Source of the DNA: Chloroflexota bacterium | GTDB lineage: Bacteria; Chloroflexota; Chloroflexia; Thermomicrobiales; UBA6265 | NCBI GenBank assembly: GCA_023389575.1 | Contig: JAEWEG010000054.1 | Span: 728 to 64,727, forward strand | Length of the DNA stretch: 64,000 nucleotides | Reading direction: 5' to 3' | Shown: positions 9,610 through 18,785 of the stretch, in pieces | Layout of the letters: each line of letters opens with the position of its first letter | How positions within the stretch are numbered: the first letter of the stretch is position 1 | Translations under genes and position numbers: made by a program | Notes under the pieces: generated by a model | What the model saw: only the letters and a program-made list of their open reading frames with translations | What the model was told of the DNA's origin: nothing | Database searches by the model: none

Positions 9610-11469
9610 ATGGGACCGAAGACACACGATGCAGGCCCGGCGGATCGTCCAACGCGGCGAGGGCCCCGCGCGAGTCGCCGCGAGGTGCTCGGTGGCCTGG
9701 CCGGGGCGGCGGGCCTGGCCCTGGCCGGTTTGCCGGGAACCGGCGGCGCCCAGACGCCCGTCGCCGAGCCCGCCGCCACTCCTGGCCTGCTAGTCTTCCC
9801 GCGTCATGGCACGCGCACGGCGTCGCCGGGCACCGAGATCAGCTTTCGCGGCGAGGCCATCGCCGATATCGGAACCGTCACCGTCATCGGCTCCATCAGC
9901 GGTAGTCACTCCGGCGTCCTCATGCCCCATTCCGATGGACTCGGGGCCAGTTTCGTGCCGGACTCGCCCTTCCAGCCCGACGAGTGGGTGACCATCCGCG
10001 CCGGCATCCCCCTCCGCCCGACTCCCAGCGGGTCGGTCACGTTCAGAATCTCCATTCCGGGTGTGCCGGTTCAGACCCCGGCCGAGCGCGAAGTCGACCA
10101 GCCGGCGAACCCGCCCCAGCAGTTCCAGTCCCGGCTGGACCTGCTGCCGCCGCGGATCACCATCACCGATTCCAGCAACGAGGTCGCGCCGGGCTACGTC
10201 TTCGTGGGGGCCAAGGTCGGCGATGGACAGACCGGCGCCATGATCATCGACAATCGGGGTGAGATGATCTGGTTTTCCCCGCTGGATCTCGATGTCGCCG
10301 CCCACAACGATCTGCGCGTCCAGCAGTACCAGGGCGAACCTGTCCTCACCACCTGGGAAGGTATCGCCCGCCAGGGCACCGGGTTCGGACACCTGCTGCT
10401 GCTCGACCAGCGGTACGAGGAGGTCGCCCGGGTTCAGGTTCCCAACGGGTATCCCGGCTTCGACCAGCACGAGTGCCAGCTCACGGATCGCGGGACAGTG
10501 CTCGGCATCGTGTACAACCCGGTCCGCTGGGACCTCTCGGCGGCTGGGGGATCAGCCGATGGCACCGCCCTCGATGGCGTGGTTCTGGAGGTCGATGTCG
10601 CCACCGGCCGGGTGGTGTTCGAGTGGCACAGCCTCGACCATGTCGCCTTGGAAGAGAGTTACGGCCAACCCACCGACGAGGAGCCCTGGGACTACTTCCA
10701 CGTCAACTCGGTGGAACTCGATGCGGAGGACAACTTCGTCCTCTCGGCCCGCCACACGCATGCCTGCTATCGCATTGAGCGCAACACCGGGCGTGTGCTC
10801 TGGCGGCTGAACGGCAAGCGCAGCGACTTTGAAATGGGCGAAGGCGCGCCATTCCAGTACCAGCACGATATCCGCGCGCACGGCAACGGCGAGTTCTCGC
10901 TGTTCGACAACGCCGAGTCGGACCAGTCCGCCGATGATGTCGCCTGGTCACGCGGGCTCGTGCTCGCGCTCGACGAGGACCAGCAAACCGCCACGGTCGC
11001 CCGGGAATACGTCCACCCGACCGAGATCCTCTCGGTCAGTCAGGGCAACATGCAGTTGCTGCCGAATGGCAATGCCTTCGTCGGCTGGGGCAGCGCGCCG
11101 GTGTTCTCCGAGTTCGACAGGGATGGGAACCTCCTGTTCAGCGGCCGGTTTCCTCAGGGAACCAACTCCTACCGGGCCTATCGCTGCGAGTGGGATGGCC
11201 AGCCCGCCGCCCCGCCGGATATCGCGGTGGAGCCTGGGCTGGGGAACAACGTGACGATCTACGCAAGCTGGAACGGCGCCACCGGCGTCCGGTCCTGGAG
11301 CGTGCTCACCGGTCCCAACGCCGATGCGCTGGAGCCGGCCAGCTCGAGCCCCAGGACCGGGTTCGAGACCACCATCCGCGCCGAGGTAGCGGGCGCGTTT
11401 GTCGCGGTCGCGGCGCTCGACGCCGATGGGGAGGAACTGGGGCGGTCGGCCGCCGTCCAGGTCGGGTAG
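9610..11469 (+). CDS. Tat-secreted arylsulfotransferase (ASST) family protein
   Basis: ATG at 9610 follows GAGGAG. The Tat-like signal is SRREVLGGLAGAAGLALAGLPGTGGAQ. ASST-type beta-propeller blocks are present: WDYFHVNSVELD, YQHDIRAH and NAFVGWGS. Confidence 0.7.
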   Translation: MGPKTHDAGPADRPTRRGPRASRREVLGGLAGAAGLALAGLPGTGGAQTPVAEPAATPGLLVFPRHGTRTASPGTEISFRGEAIADIGTVTVIGSISGSHSGVLMPHSDGLGASFVPDSPFQPDEWVTIRAGIPLRPTPSGSVTFRISIPGVPVQTPAEREVDQPANPPQQFQSRLDLLPPRITITDSSNEVAPGYVFVGAKVGDGQTGAMIIDNRGEMIWFSPLDLDVAAHNDLRVQQYQGEPVLTTWEGIARQGTGFGHLLLLDQRYEEVARVQVPNGYPGFDQHECQLTDRGTVLGIVYNPVRWDLSAAGGSADGTALDGVVLEVDVATGRVVFEWHSLDHVALEESYGQPTDEEPWDYFHVNSVELDAEDNFVLSARHTHACYRIERNTGRVLWRLNGKRSDFEMGEGAPFQYQHDIRAHGNGEFSLFDNAESDQSADDVAWSRGLVLALDEDQQTATVAREYVHPTEILSVSQGNMQLLPNGNAFVGWGSAPVFSEFDRDGNLLFSGRFPQGTNSYRAYRCEWDGQPAAPPDIAVEPGLGNNVTIYASWNGATGVRSWSVLTGPNADALEPASSSPRTGFETTIRAEVAGAFVAVAALDADGEELGRSAAVQVG

Positions 11470-11491
11470 CCTTCGCCAGCCTGGCCGCTCC

Positions 11492-12784
11492 TCAGGGTTC
11501 GAGGAGCGGCTCGGACTCCGCCGCGACAACGGCCGAGCCATCCCGTGGCCGCCGGGCCAATCGCCCATACAGGGCGACGACCGGCGAGAGCACCAGGGCT
11601 GACCCAAGGAGCGCCGCCCGGATCGAGACCGCGTTGCCGACCCAGCCGAGGGCCGGTCCGCCCCCGACCTGGCCGATGGCGTTCGCCTGGCCGCTCATCG
11701 AGATCACCGTGGCGCGGGTACTGGCATCCAGGTTTCGGTTGAGCCAGGCCGCTTCCACCGGTCCACTGATGGAGCCGGCGATGGTCCGGACCCAGAGCAT
11801 CCCGAAGGCGAGCCACAGGTTGCCGCACAGGGTGAAGACCACGATGCCTCCCACCTGGACCACGGCGCAGATCGCCAGGAGCCGGGCCGGAACGCCGGGG
11901 CCGAGCGCTTCCGGATTCCTCCGGTTGAGGACTTCGGTGGCGAGCAGGCCCAGCAGTGTGCCGACCACACCACTGATGCCGAACCAGAGGACTGGGCTGT
12001 CGTTGCCGAGGACGACCGGGAAGTCGAAGCGGTCGATCACGGACGGGACGTGCAGCCGGTCGAAGGCCTCGCTGGCGAGCCCAACGATGAGGCTGACGAG
12101 GATGAGGGCCCGCACCACGGGCCGGTTCATCGCGAGGCGCATACCCTCGCGCGCGGTGGTCTTCATGTGGCCGAAGGTGGTTCGTTCGGATGGAGGCGTC
12201 ACGCGCATGTGGCGTTCCGGCATGATCGCGAACAATACCGCCGCCAGGGCGACCATCCCGACCCCGGCGAGGATCATCGGCAACTGGATGTGGATGAGGC
12301 CCAGCGAGACGCTGACGAGCGTTCCGGCCAGGCCGCCCACCAGCCACATCTGGCCGGCGCGGAGGAAGACCGGTCCGACGGCCTCCTCGCCCACCTCGTC
12401 GGTGATCCAGGCCTCGGTGGCGCCGCTGGTGAAGGTATAGCCAACGCCCCACAGGAACTGGCAGCCGATGACCGCCCAGAACCGGGGGATGGAGCCTTCC
12501 AGCATGAACCCGCATCCCATCAGCACCAGGCCGATCAGGATCGAAACCCGGCGGCTGTACACATCGGCCACCACGCCGGTGGGTATTTCGAAGAGGAAGC
12601 AGGTGGCCTCCAGCACGGTGCCGGCGAGCACCATTTGCAGGGGATTCAGGCCCACCACCGTGACCTGGTAGATCATGTTCACGGTGAAGATGAGCGAGAA
12701 GAAGATGGCCTGGCCACCGGCCAGGATCAGGTAGACCGGAACCGGATTCGCGGCCGGTCTCCGCGGACGAAGGAAGTCAGGCAC
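11492..12784 (-). CDS. MFS transporter
   Basis: 430-aa hydrophobic ORF with about 12 predicted helices. It has the MFS-like loop GVVADVYSRRVSILIG. Confidence 0.8.
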   Translation of the reverse strand: MPDFLRPRRPAANPVPVYLILAGGQAIFFSLIFTVNMIYQVTVVGLNPLQMVLAGTVLEATCFLFEIPTGVVADVYSRRVSILIGLVLMGCGFMLEGSIPRFWAVIGCQFLWGVGYTFTSGATEAWITDEVGEEAVGPVFLRAGQMWLVGGLAGTLVSVSLGLIHIQLPMILAGVGMVALAAVLFAIMPERHMRVTPPSERTTFGHMKTTAREGMRLAMNRPVVRALILVSLIVGLASEAFDRLHVPSVIDRFDFPVVLGNDSPVLWFGISGVVGTLLGLLATEVLNRRNPEALGPGVPARLLAICAVVQVGGIVVFTLCGNLWLAFGMLWVRTIAGSISGPVEAAWLNRNLDASTRATVISMSGQANAIGQVGGGPALGWVGNAVSIRAALLGSALVLSPVVALYGRLARRPRDGSAVVAAESEPLLEP

Positions 12785-13374
12785 GAGCAGGTCACTCCAG
12801 GATGCACCGCCAACGCAAAACCCCCGCGACGGTCACCGTCGCGAGGAAATGGGGCATCTGGCACGTCGTTGAATGACTACCGGCTGGATGGCGAGACGCC
12901 ATCGCCTACGCCAGGTCGTCTATTCGGGAAACGCGCTCACTCGTGCTGACTGCCATGCCGGGGCTCCTTCCGAGAGGGGCGGTTGGCCATGTTGTGTTCC
13001 GTACGTTGCCGATGATAGGGATTGCCGATTCCCAGGTCAATCGTTGCATCCGGGCCGATCGTGGAATCGGGGGAGCGGGCCCGGCATTACGTAGCCATTC
13101 CGGGTGATGGATCGCCTTCACGTAGGTAATCCAATTCGGCTTGAAGGGCTCCAGAGGCCCGAAAGTGGGCAATCTTGCCGATGGAATGAGGGCGTCGCGA
13201 CAGCAGACTGGGCAGTGACAAGAGGTCCGGCCACCAGCCGTCTTCGAGCTGATGGAAGGACGACCCAGGAGCAGCGTCGCGATGCAGGCAACCGTCCCCC
13301 ACGTTCGACATGGTGTCCCATCTATCCGAGTAGTCCGGCGGGTCGTGGCCCGGCGGGCGCATGCCTCCGGCGCG

Positions 13375-14274
13375 ATGACCGCGAGGGCGTGGCTGATGCT
13401 GGCGTTCCTGTCGGTGCTCTGGGGATCGGGGACATGGTTCAACCGGGTGGCGGTGCAGGATGTGGGACCCATGACGGTGGTGGCGTCGCGCGTGGGGCTC
13501 GCCGCGTTGATGCTGTGGCTGGTCATGCGCGCGCGGGGCATCCCCGTTCGTTGGCGCGGGGAGGACTGGGTGCCGTACACGGTGATGGGGGTGCTGAACA
13601 CGGCGGTGCCGTTCACGCTCATCGCGGTGGGACTGACGCGGATCGATTCGGGTCTGGCGGGAATCCTGCTGGCGACGACCCCGCTGTTCACGATGATGAT
13701 CGCGCGGATGGTTTCCCCAGCCGAGCACTTGACGAGGGTGAAGCTTCTGGGCGTAGGGGCAGGGCTGGCTGGCGTGATGGTGATCATGGGGGTGTCCTCC
13801 GGCTCGATCACGGCCGGGAGCGGGCTGGCGAAGCTCGCCATTCTCGGCGCGGCCCTGGCCTATGGTGTTTCGGGCGTGTACGGGGCGACCTTGCGGGACC
13901 ACGAACCGCTGTCGCTGGCGTGGGGACAGCTCGTCGTGTCCACGGCGGTGCTGCTGCCGTTCGCGGTTGTATGGGAGCGGCCGTTCGACGGCGGTGGGTG
14001 GCCGGTCGAGGCGGTGTGGTCGATCGCGGCGCTGGCGGTGTTGAGCACGGGCCTGCGTTACCTGGTGTTCTACCGGCTGCTGGGCGAGATTGGGGCGACG
14101 AGGACCTCGATGGCGGGGTTCCTGGTTCCGGTGAGTTCCGTTCTCCTTGGGTGCCTGTTCCTTGGCGAACGCCTGCACTCATCGCAGATCGGCGGGATGC
14201 TGCTGGTGGTGGCGGGGCTGGCGGCGGCGAGTGGAGCGTTCCAGCGAGGCCCGTTGCCCGCTCGGGCGGGCTGA
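13375..14274 (+). CDS. DMT superfamily (EamA-like) transporter
   Basis: The hydrophobic protein starts MTARAWLMLAFLSVLWGSGTWF. It has two EamA-like halves. The start was chosen at the internal ATG of the 340-aa ORF. Confidence 0.75.
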   Translation: MTARAWLMLAFLSVLWGSGTWFNRVAVQDVGPMTVVASRVGLAALMLWLVMRARGIPVRWRGEDWVPYTVMGVLNTAVPFTLIAVGLTRIDSGLAGILLATTPLFTMMIARMVSPAEHLTRVKLLGVGAGLAGVMVIMGVSSGSITAGSGLAKLAILGAALAYGVSGVYGATLRDHEPLSLAWGQLVVSTAVLLPFAVVWERPFDGGGWPVEAVWSIAALAVLSTGLRYLVFYRLLGEIGATRTSMAGFLVPVSSVLLGCLFLGERLHSSQIGGMLLVVAGLAAASGAFQRGPLPARAG

Positions 14275-14323
14275 CGTGGGACGAGCTGGGCGGCCGCGAT
14301 CGGTGGCTACCCAGCGTGCTGGT

Positions 14324-14734
14324 TCACCCGGTGGCGGTTTCCCGGGCTCGTTGCTCGAAGATCCAGGCGGGATCGAACGTGATGTTCCGAAGGGCGGCGG
14401 ACTTCGTGTCGAGCACGCGCCAGATCGGGACCAGGTCGTTGGAGGGCGTGCCCGCCTGGTGGGCTTCGTTGGTGGCCTCGGCCAGCAGCCGGAGGTTGCG
14501 GGCGGTGGTGACTGGGCAGGTGTAGTCGACATCGTGGCGACGGGCCAAGTCGTCGCGGAGTTCGCGTGGGGAGATCGCCTCGCCGACGGGTATCGCCCGG
14601 ATGGCTTCGAGGATGACCGTCGCCGTTGGGTAGAGCATCGACTTGCCGGGTGTCATGCCGCGGCGGCCTTCCGGAACCGGGCGAATGTCGATGCCGGTCG
14701 ACGCCGCCGCCTGGTCTCGCCATGTCGTCGTCAT
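14324..14734 (-). CDS. Small hypothetical protein, possibly an MGMT/Atl-like winged-helix DNA-binding domain
   Basis: AGGAG lies 7 nt before the ATG at 14734, which is 14 nt after the MerR stop. IPVGEAISPRELRDDLA ... VPIWRVL loosely resembles the IPxG...PCHRV pattern of alkyltransferase-like proteins but lacks the Cys. This is a weak call. Confidence 0.4.
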   Translation of the reverse strand: MTTTWRDQAAASTGIDIRPVPEGRRGMTPGKSMLYPTATVILEAIRAIPVGEAISPRELRDDLARRHDVDYTCPVTTARNLRLLAEATNEAHQAGTPSNDLVPIWRVLDTKSAALRNITFDPAWIFEQRARETATG

Positions 14735-14748
14735 GGATCGCTCCTGTC

Positions 14749-15615
14749 TCACTCAGCGCCGTGGATCGGAAAGGCAATGTCGCAGGCGGGGTCGTCCGGG
14801 CCGGCGGCCATGAAGTCGGTGAAGTAGACCTCGCGGGGAGAGCCAGTGCACTCGCGGCCGTTGGATTCGATCCATTTTTCGACGGCGTCGTAGGCGGTGA
14901 GGATCTGGGGGAACTCGACCATCGACTTGCTGATGCGGGTGAAGGCTTCGCGGTGGGCGGGTTCGACGCGGGTGGGGACGTCGATCTTATCCTTTCGCGT
15001 CTCGTCGACCGGGATGCAGATCTCGACCGGACCATCGCTTTCCTCGTTCACCTCGCCGTGATAGATGATGAAGGCCGCGCCGGTGATGCCGCCGAACCGC
15101 TCGGCGATGCCGTGCATGGCGGGCATCCGCTCGTCGAGCCATACCTCAAGATGGGGAACCGTAATGTGGCGTTGCTCGGTGAGGACGAACTGGGCCGGGA
15201 TGTCGCGTTCCTCGATGGTGAACATGTCGTAGTTCCTTTCCTTGCCGGCGAGGCCGACGAGCAGGTAGATGAGCAGATCGCGTTGACCGGCGATGCGGCG
15301 TTCGACCGATTCCCACCAGGCGGCGAGGGCATCGGCGCGCTCGGCTTCCGGGAGATTGACGATGCGGGCAACGGTGGCCAGTGGCATGTCCAACTGGCGG
15401 AGCCGGGCGATGAGGCGGGCGGTTTCCAACTGGCTTTCCCGGTAGCGGCGATAGCCGGTGACCGGATCGACCTCGGCGGGAACGAGGAGTCCCTGGCGGT
15501 CGTAGAGCCGGAGCGCCTTGGGCGAGAGCAGGCAGCGCCGGGAGAACTCGCCGATGGTCAGGTGGATGGCCCGGTTCGAGGCATGGTGCTGTCCTTTCAT
15601 GGTGTCGGTTGGCAT
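14749..15615 (-). CDS. MerR-family transcriptional regulator with C-terminal GyrI-like effector domain
   Basis: The HTH is LTIGEFSRRCLLSPKALRLYDRQGLLVPAEVDPVTGYRRY. A long GyrI-like C-terminal half follows. The start MPTDTMKG is preceded by AGGGAG. Confidence 0.8.
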   Translation of the reverse strand: MPTDTMKGQHHASNRAIHLTIGEFSRRCLLSPKALRLYDRQGLLVPAEVDPVTGYRRYRESQLETARLIARLRQLDMPLATVARIVNLPEAERADALAAWWESVERRIAGQRDLLIYLLVGLAGKERNYDMFTIEERDIPAQFVLTEQRHITVPHLEVWLDERMPAMHGIAERFGGITGAAFIIYHGEVNEESDGPVEICIPVDETRKDKIDVPTRVEPAHREAFTRISKSMVEFPQILTAYDAVEKWIESNGRECTGSPREVYFTDFMAAGPDDPACDIAFPIHGAE

Positions 15616-15818
15616 TGGGCGCTCCCTGGTTGCGGGGACCATTCCCCGGCGATTGTCACGTTAGGGCCTGCCCCAGGGGGAAGGTCAAGTGGTGAGGTCA
15701 TTGTGCGCTGGCGATGCCAGAGAGGCCCGGCGGCCGTGGCGATGCCATGGCGTGGAGGATGACAGGGCCGGGATTCGTGTGACAATGCGGGCCAGGGTGA
15801 TAATCAGGTTCCGGGCGC

Positions 15819-16766
15819 ATGTCCCGGTTGGGAGGGATTGCGCTGGAAACGATCGTTGAGGACGCCGACGCGCCGGCGAGCACGCATCCGTTCGGACTGT
15901 CGCCGGCGAGCATGGGCCTGCTGCTGGGACTGATCGGCGTGGTGGCGTTTTCATTCACGCTGCCGTTGACGCGGATCGCGGCGCCGGAGCTGGGCGGGGC
16001 GTTCGTGGGGATGGGCCGGGCGTTCGTGGCGGCCCTGCTGGCGGCGGGGCTGCTGGCGATCCGGCGCGAGCGGATTCCGGCGCGCTCGACCTGGCGCGGG
16101 ATCGTGCTGGTGGCGATCGGGACGATCTTCGGGTTCGGGCTGTTTTCGTCGATCGCGATGCAGACCGTGCCCGCCGTGCACGCGATCGTGGTGGTGGGGT
16201 TGCTGCCGGCGATGACGGCGGTGATGGCGGTGCTGCGGGCGGGTGAGCGGCCGAAGCTGCCGTTCTGGATTTCGGTGGCGGTGGGTCTGGTCTCGGTGGT
16301 GGTGTTCGCGCTGGCGCAGGGGGCGGGGTCGCTGCAACTGGGCGATATCTGGCTGCTGATCGCGGTGGTGATGGCGGCGTTGGGATACGCCGAGGGGGCG
16401 GTGCTGACGCGGTCGATGGGCGGCTGGCGGGTGATCAGCTGGGCGCTGGTGTTTTCGTTGCCGGTGCTGACCGTGGTGATGGCGGTACTGGTGTGGCGTG
16501 ACGGAATCGCCGATGCCGCGCCGAACGTGTGGTGGTGCTTCGCGTACCTGGCGGCGGTGAGCATGTTCCTGGGGTTCTTTCCCTGGTACGCCGGGCTGGC
16601 GATGGGCGGCGTGGCGCGGGTGGGGCAGATGCAACTGGTGCAGCCGGTGTTCAGCCTGATCTGGGCGTGGATGTTGCTGGGGGAGGCGATCTCGCTGGGG
16701 ACGGCGCTGGCCTCGGTGCTGGTGATCGGGTCGGCGGCCCTGGCGAGGTGGACGCGGAGTACGTGA
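15819..16766 (+). CDS. DMT superfamily (EamA-like) transporter
   Basis: 315-aa ORF with 10 predicted helices. It is divergent from the MerR gene. Confidence 0.75.
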   Translation: MSRLGGIALETIVEDADAPASTHPFGLSPASMGLLLGLIGVVAFSFTLPLTRIAAPELGGAFVGMGRAFVAALLAAGLLAIRRERIPARSTWRGIVLVAIGTIFGFGLFSSIAMQTVPAVHAIVVVGLLPAMTAVMAVLRAGERPKLPFWISVAVGLVSVVVFALAQGAGSLQLGDIWLLIAVVMAALGYAEGAVLTRSMGGWRVISWALVFSLPVLTVVMAVLVWRDGIADAAPNVWWCFAYLAAVSMFLGFFPWYAGLAMGGVARVGQMQLVQPVFSLIWAWMLLGEAISLGTALASVLVIGSAALARWTRST

Positions 16767-16850
16767 CCGGGTGTTTCGGCCGGTACCCTCAACCGTCGCC
16801 TTGTGCAAGAGGGGCGTTTCGTATGGGTTGGGACGCGGATTCCGGGGTCG

Positions 16851-16995
16851 TGTGTTTTTCGGCCACAATAATCCATTAATACAATTAATGCCCTTCGAGG
16901 GGTGAGTTTGCCCGGAACGACGGGCTTCTTGGCTGCTCGAATTAATGGACGAATTCGAATTAATGTTGAGTGCGGTAATTGTGTTGTCGTGTGCC
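16851..16995 (+). repeat. Copy R of the conserved AT-rich intergenic element; possible structured ncRNA
   Basis: See copy L for the alignment. It contains hairpins cccttcgagggg (16891-16902) and gcccggaacgacgggc (16910-16925), plus four ATTAAT motifs. A further hairpin, ctgacaggc/gcctgtcag, lies at about 17040-17062. Confidence 0.6.
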
Positions 16996-17259
16996 GCGAC
17001 ATGGTTGATGGGCCTTTCGTGAACCAGGTGGGCTCTTCCTGACAGGCACGAGGCCTGTCAGTACTCGGTGAACGCATCGAAACGGGGAGAACCCGCCATC
17101 CGGCGAGAATTGGTCTAGCGGTTCGCAGGGAATGAGGGGCGGCAGGTGACATGCACTTGGCGACCTGTATGCTCGAAGTCATGAGGAGAACAGGGAGCGG
17201 CATGGTGGTGACGCCACCGCGGTAATGGGCGGGAGCGAGGTTTGGTGGGAGTGGGCCGG

Positions 17260-18684
17260 ATGATGCGTATGGTGCTGGTGGCGGTGGTGGTGCTGTCGAT
17301 GGTGGCGTCGTTGACACCACTGGAGACGGGAGCGGCGGCGAGGGGTCCCGACCTGCGGCTGCGACCCAACGACGGACTGGTGGGCGAGACGGTGCTGGCG
17401 CGAGGAAAGGATTTCCCGGCGGGGGCGACCGGCGACATCGTGTGGGATGGCGTTCCGGAGCCGGTGGGAGAGTTTACGGCGGATGGGGAGGGCTCGTTCG
17501 AGGTGTCGATCACCGTGCCGGATGTGCCGCCGCGGGTGTACGTGGTCACGGCGATTGCTGGCGACGAGCAGGCCGCCGACCAGTTTACCGTGGAGGTTGA
17601 GGAGGACGCGAAGGGAGAGCCAGCGTCTCCGGTGGAGCCAGGGCCGATGCCGGAGTGGATGGCCGATGCGGTACCGCCTGTTGAGGTGGCGTTCGCGGCC
17701 AATTCATGCGATGAGCCCGGAGCACGGGAGGTTACGGTGACAACCGGGGCGGAGCTGGAAGCGGCGTTGGCGGATGCACAACCTGGGGACAGGATCACGC
17801 TGACCGACGCCATCTATACCGGGAACTTCCTGGCGGAGGGCGATGCCACCGGGGAGGAACGGATATCGCTGTGCGGATCGCGGGGAGCCGTGATTGATGG
17901 AGGAGGCTGGGAGCACAGTGGGTATGCCCTGCACCTGCTCGGCGATTACTGGACCGTGTCCGGCGTCACGGTGACCGATGCGCAAAAGGGCGTGATGGCC
18001 GATGGCGTGACCGGAGTGGTGGTCGATGGGATCGAGGTGCACACGATTGGGCATGAGGCGGTGCATTTTCGGTCGCACAGCACGGACAACGTGATCCAGC
18101 GGAGCGACATTCACGATACGGGGCTGGACAACGAGAAGTTCGGCGAAGGGGTGTACCTGGGAACGGCGGTGTCGAACTGGGAACGGTACACCGAGGGTGA
18201 GCCGGACAGGAGCGACCGGAACCAGGTGCTGGTGAACAGGATCTGGAACACGACATCGGAGAGCCTGGATATCAAGGAAGGGACGGAAGGTGGCCTGGTG
18301 GTGGGCAACCTGTTCGACGGATCGCTGTTGAGCGGTGGGGATTCGTGGGTGGATGTGAAGGGCAACGGCTACCTGCTGCGAGGCAACGTGGGGATGAACA
18401 GCACGCAGGACGGGTTCCAGACCCATGTGATCGACAACATGGAGTGGGGCCGGGCAAACGTGTTCGAACTGAACGAGGCGAATGTGAACGGGCCAGGAGT
18501 GGGGTTTTACATTCACCAGCCGGAGGGAAGGGGCAACGTTGTGCGGTGCGACAACGTGGTGACTGGCGCGGAGGGTGGCGTGACGAACCTGGAAGAAGGA
18601 TGCGCTGACCGCGATGCCGTCGGGCAGGGTGATTGGTCATGGCTGGAGGGCTTCGGCGGTGACCGGTGGTACGGGGACAGTTGA
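17260..18684 (+). CDS. Secreted protein with N-terminal Ig-like domain and right-handed parallel beta-helix (pectin-lyase fold)
   Basis: The signal peptide is MMRMVLVAVVVLSMVASL. The periodic G-x-x-V/I beta-helix repeats include VIDGGG, VTVTDAQKGVMADGV, VVDGIEVH and VIQRSDIHD. The start could be 17242 or 17260. Confidence 0.65.
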   Translation: MMRMVLVAVVVLSMVASLTPLETGAAARGPDLRLRPNDGLVGETVLARGKDFPAGATGDIVWDGVPEPVGEFTADGEGSFEVSITVPDVPPRVYVVTAIAGDEQAADQFTVEVEEDAKGEPASPVEPGPMPEWMADAVPPVEVAFAANSCDEPGAREVTVTTGAELEAALADAQPGDRITLTDAIYTGNFLAEGDATGEERISLCGSRGAVIDGGGWEHSGYALHLLGDYWTVSGVTVTDAQKGVMADGVTGVVVDGIEVHTIGHEAVHFRSHSTDNVIQRSDIHDTGLDNEKFGEGVYLGTAVSNWERYTEGEPDRSDRNQVLVNRIWNTTSESLDIKEGTEGGLVVGNLFDGSLLSGGDSWVDVKGNGYLLRGNVGMNSTQDGFQTHVIDNMEWGRANVFELNEANVNGPGVGFYIHQPEGRGNVVRCDNVVTGAEGGVTNLEEGCADRDAVGQGDWSWLEGFGGDRWYGDS

Positions 18685-18785
18685 CGGTGGGGCGGCCGCT
18701 TGGTGAGATGGTAGGTGGCGATCCATTGCCGCTGGCGGGGTGTTCCTGACCGGCGCGGCAGGCAATCACGCGGAAGGACTGGAAC

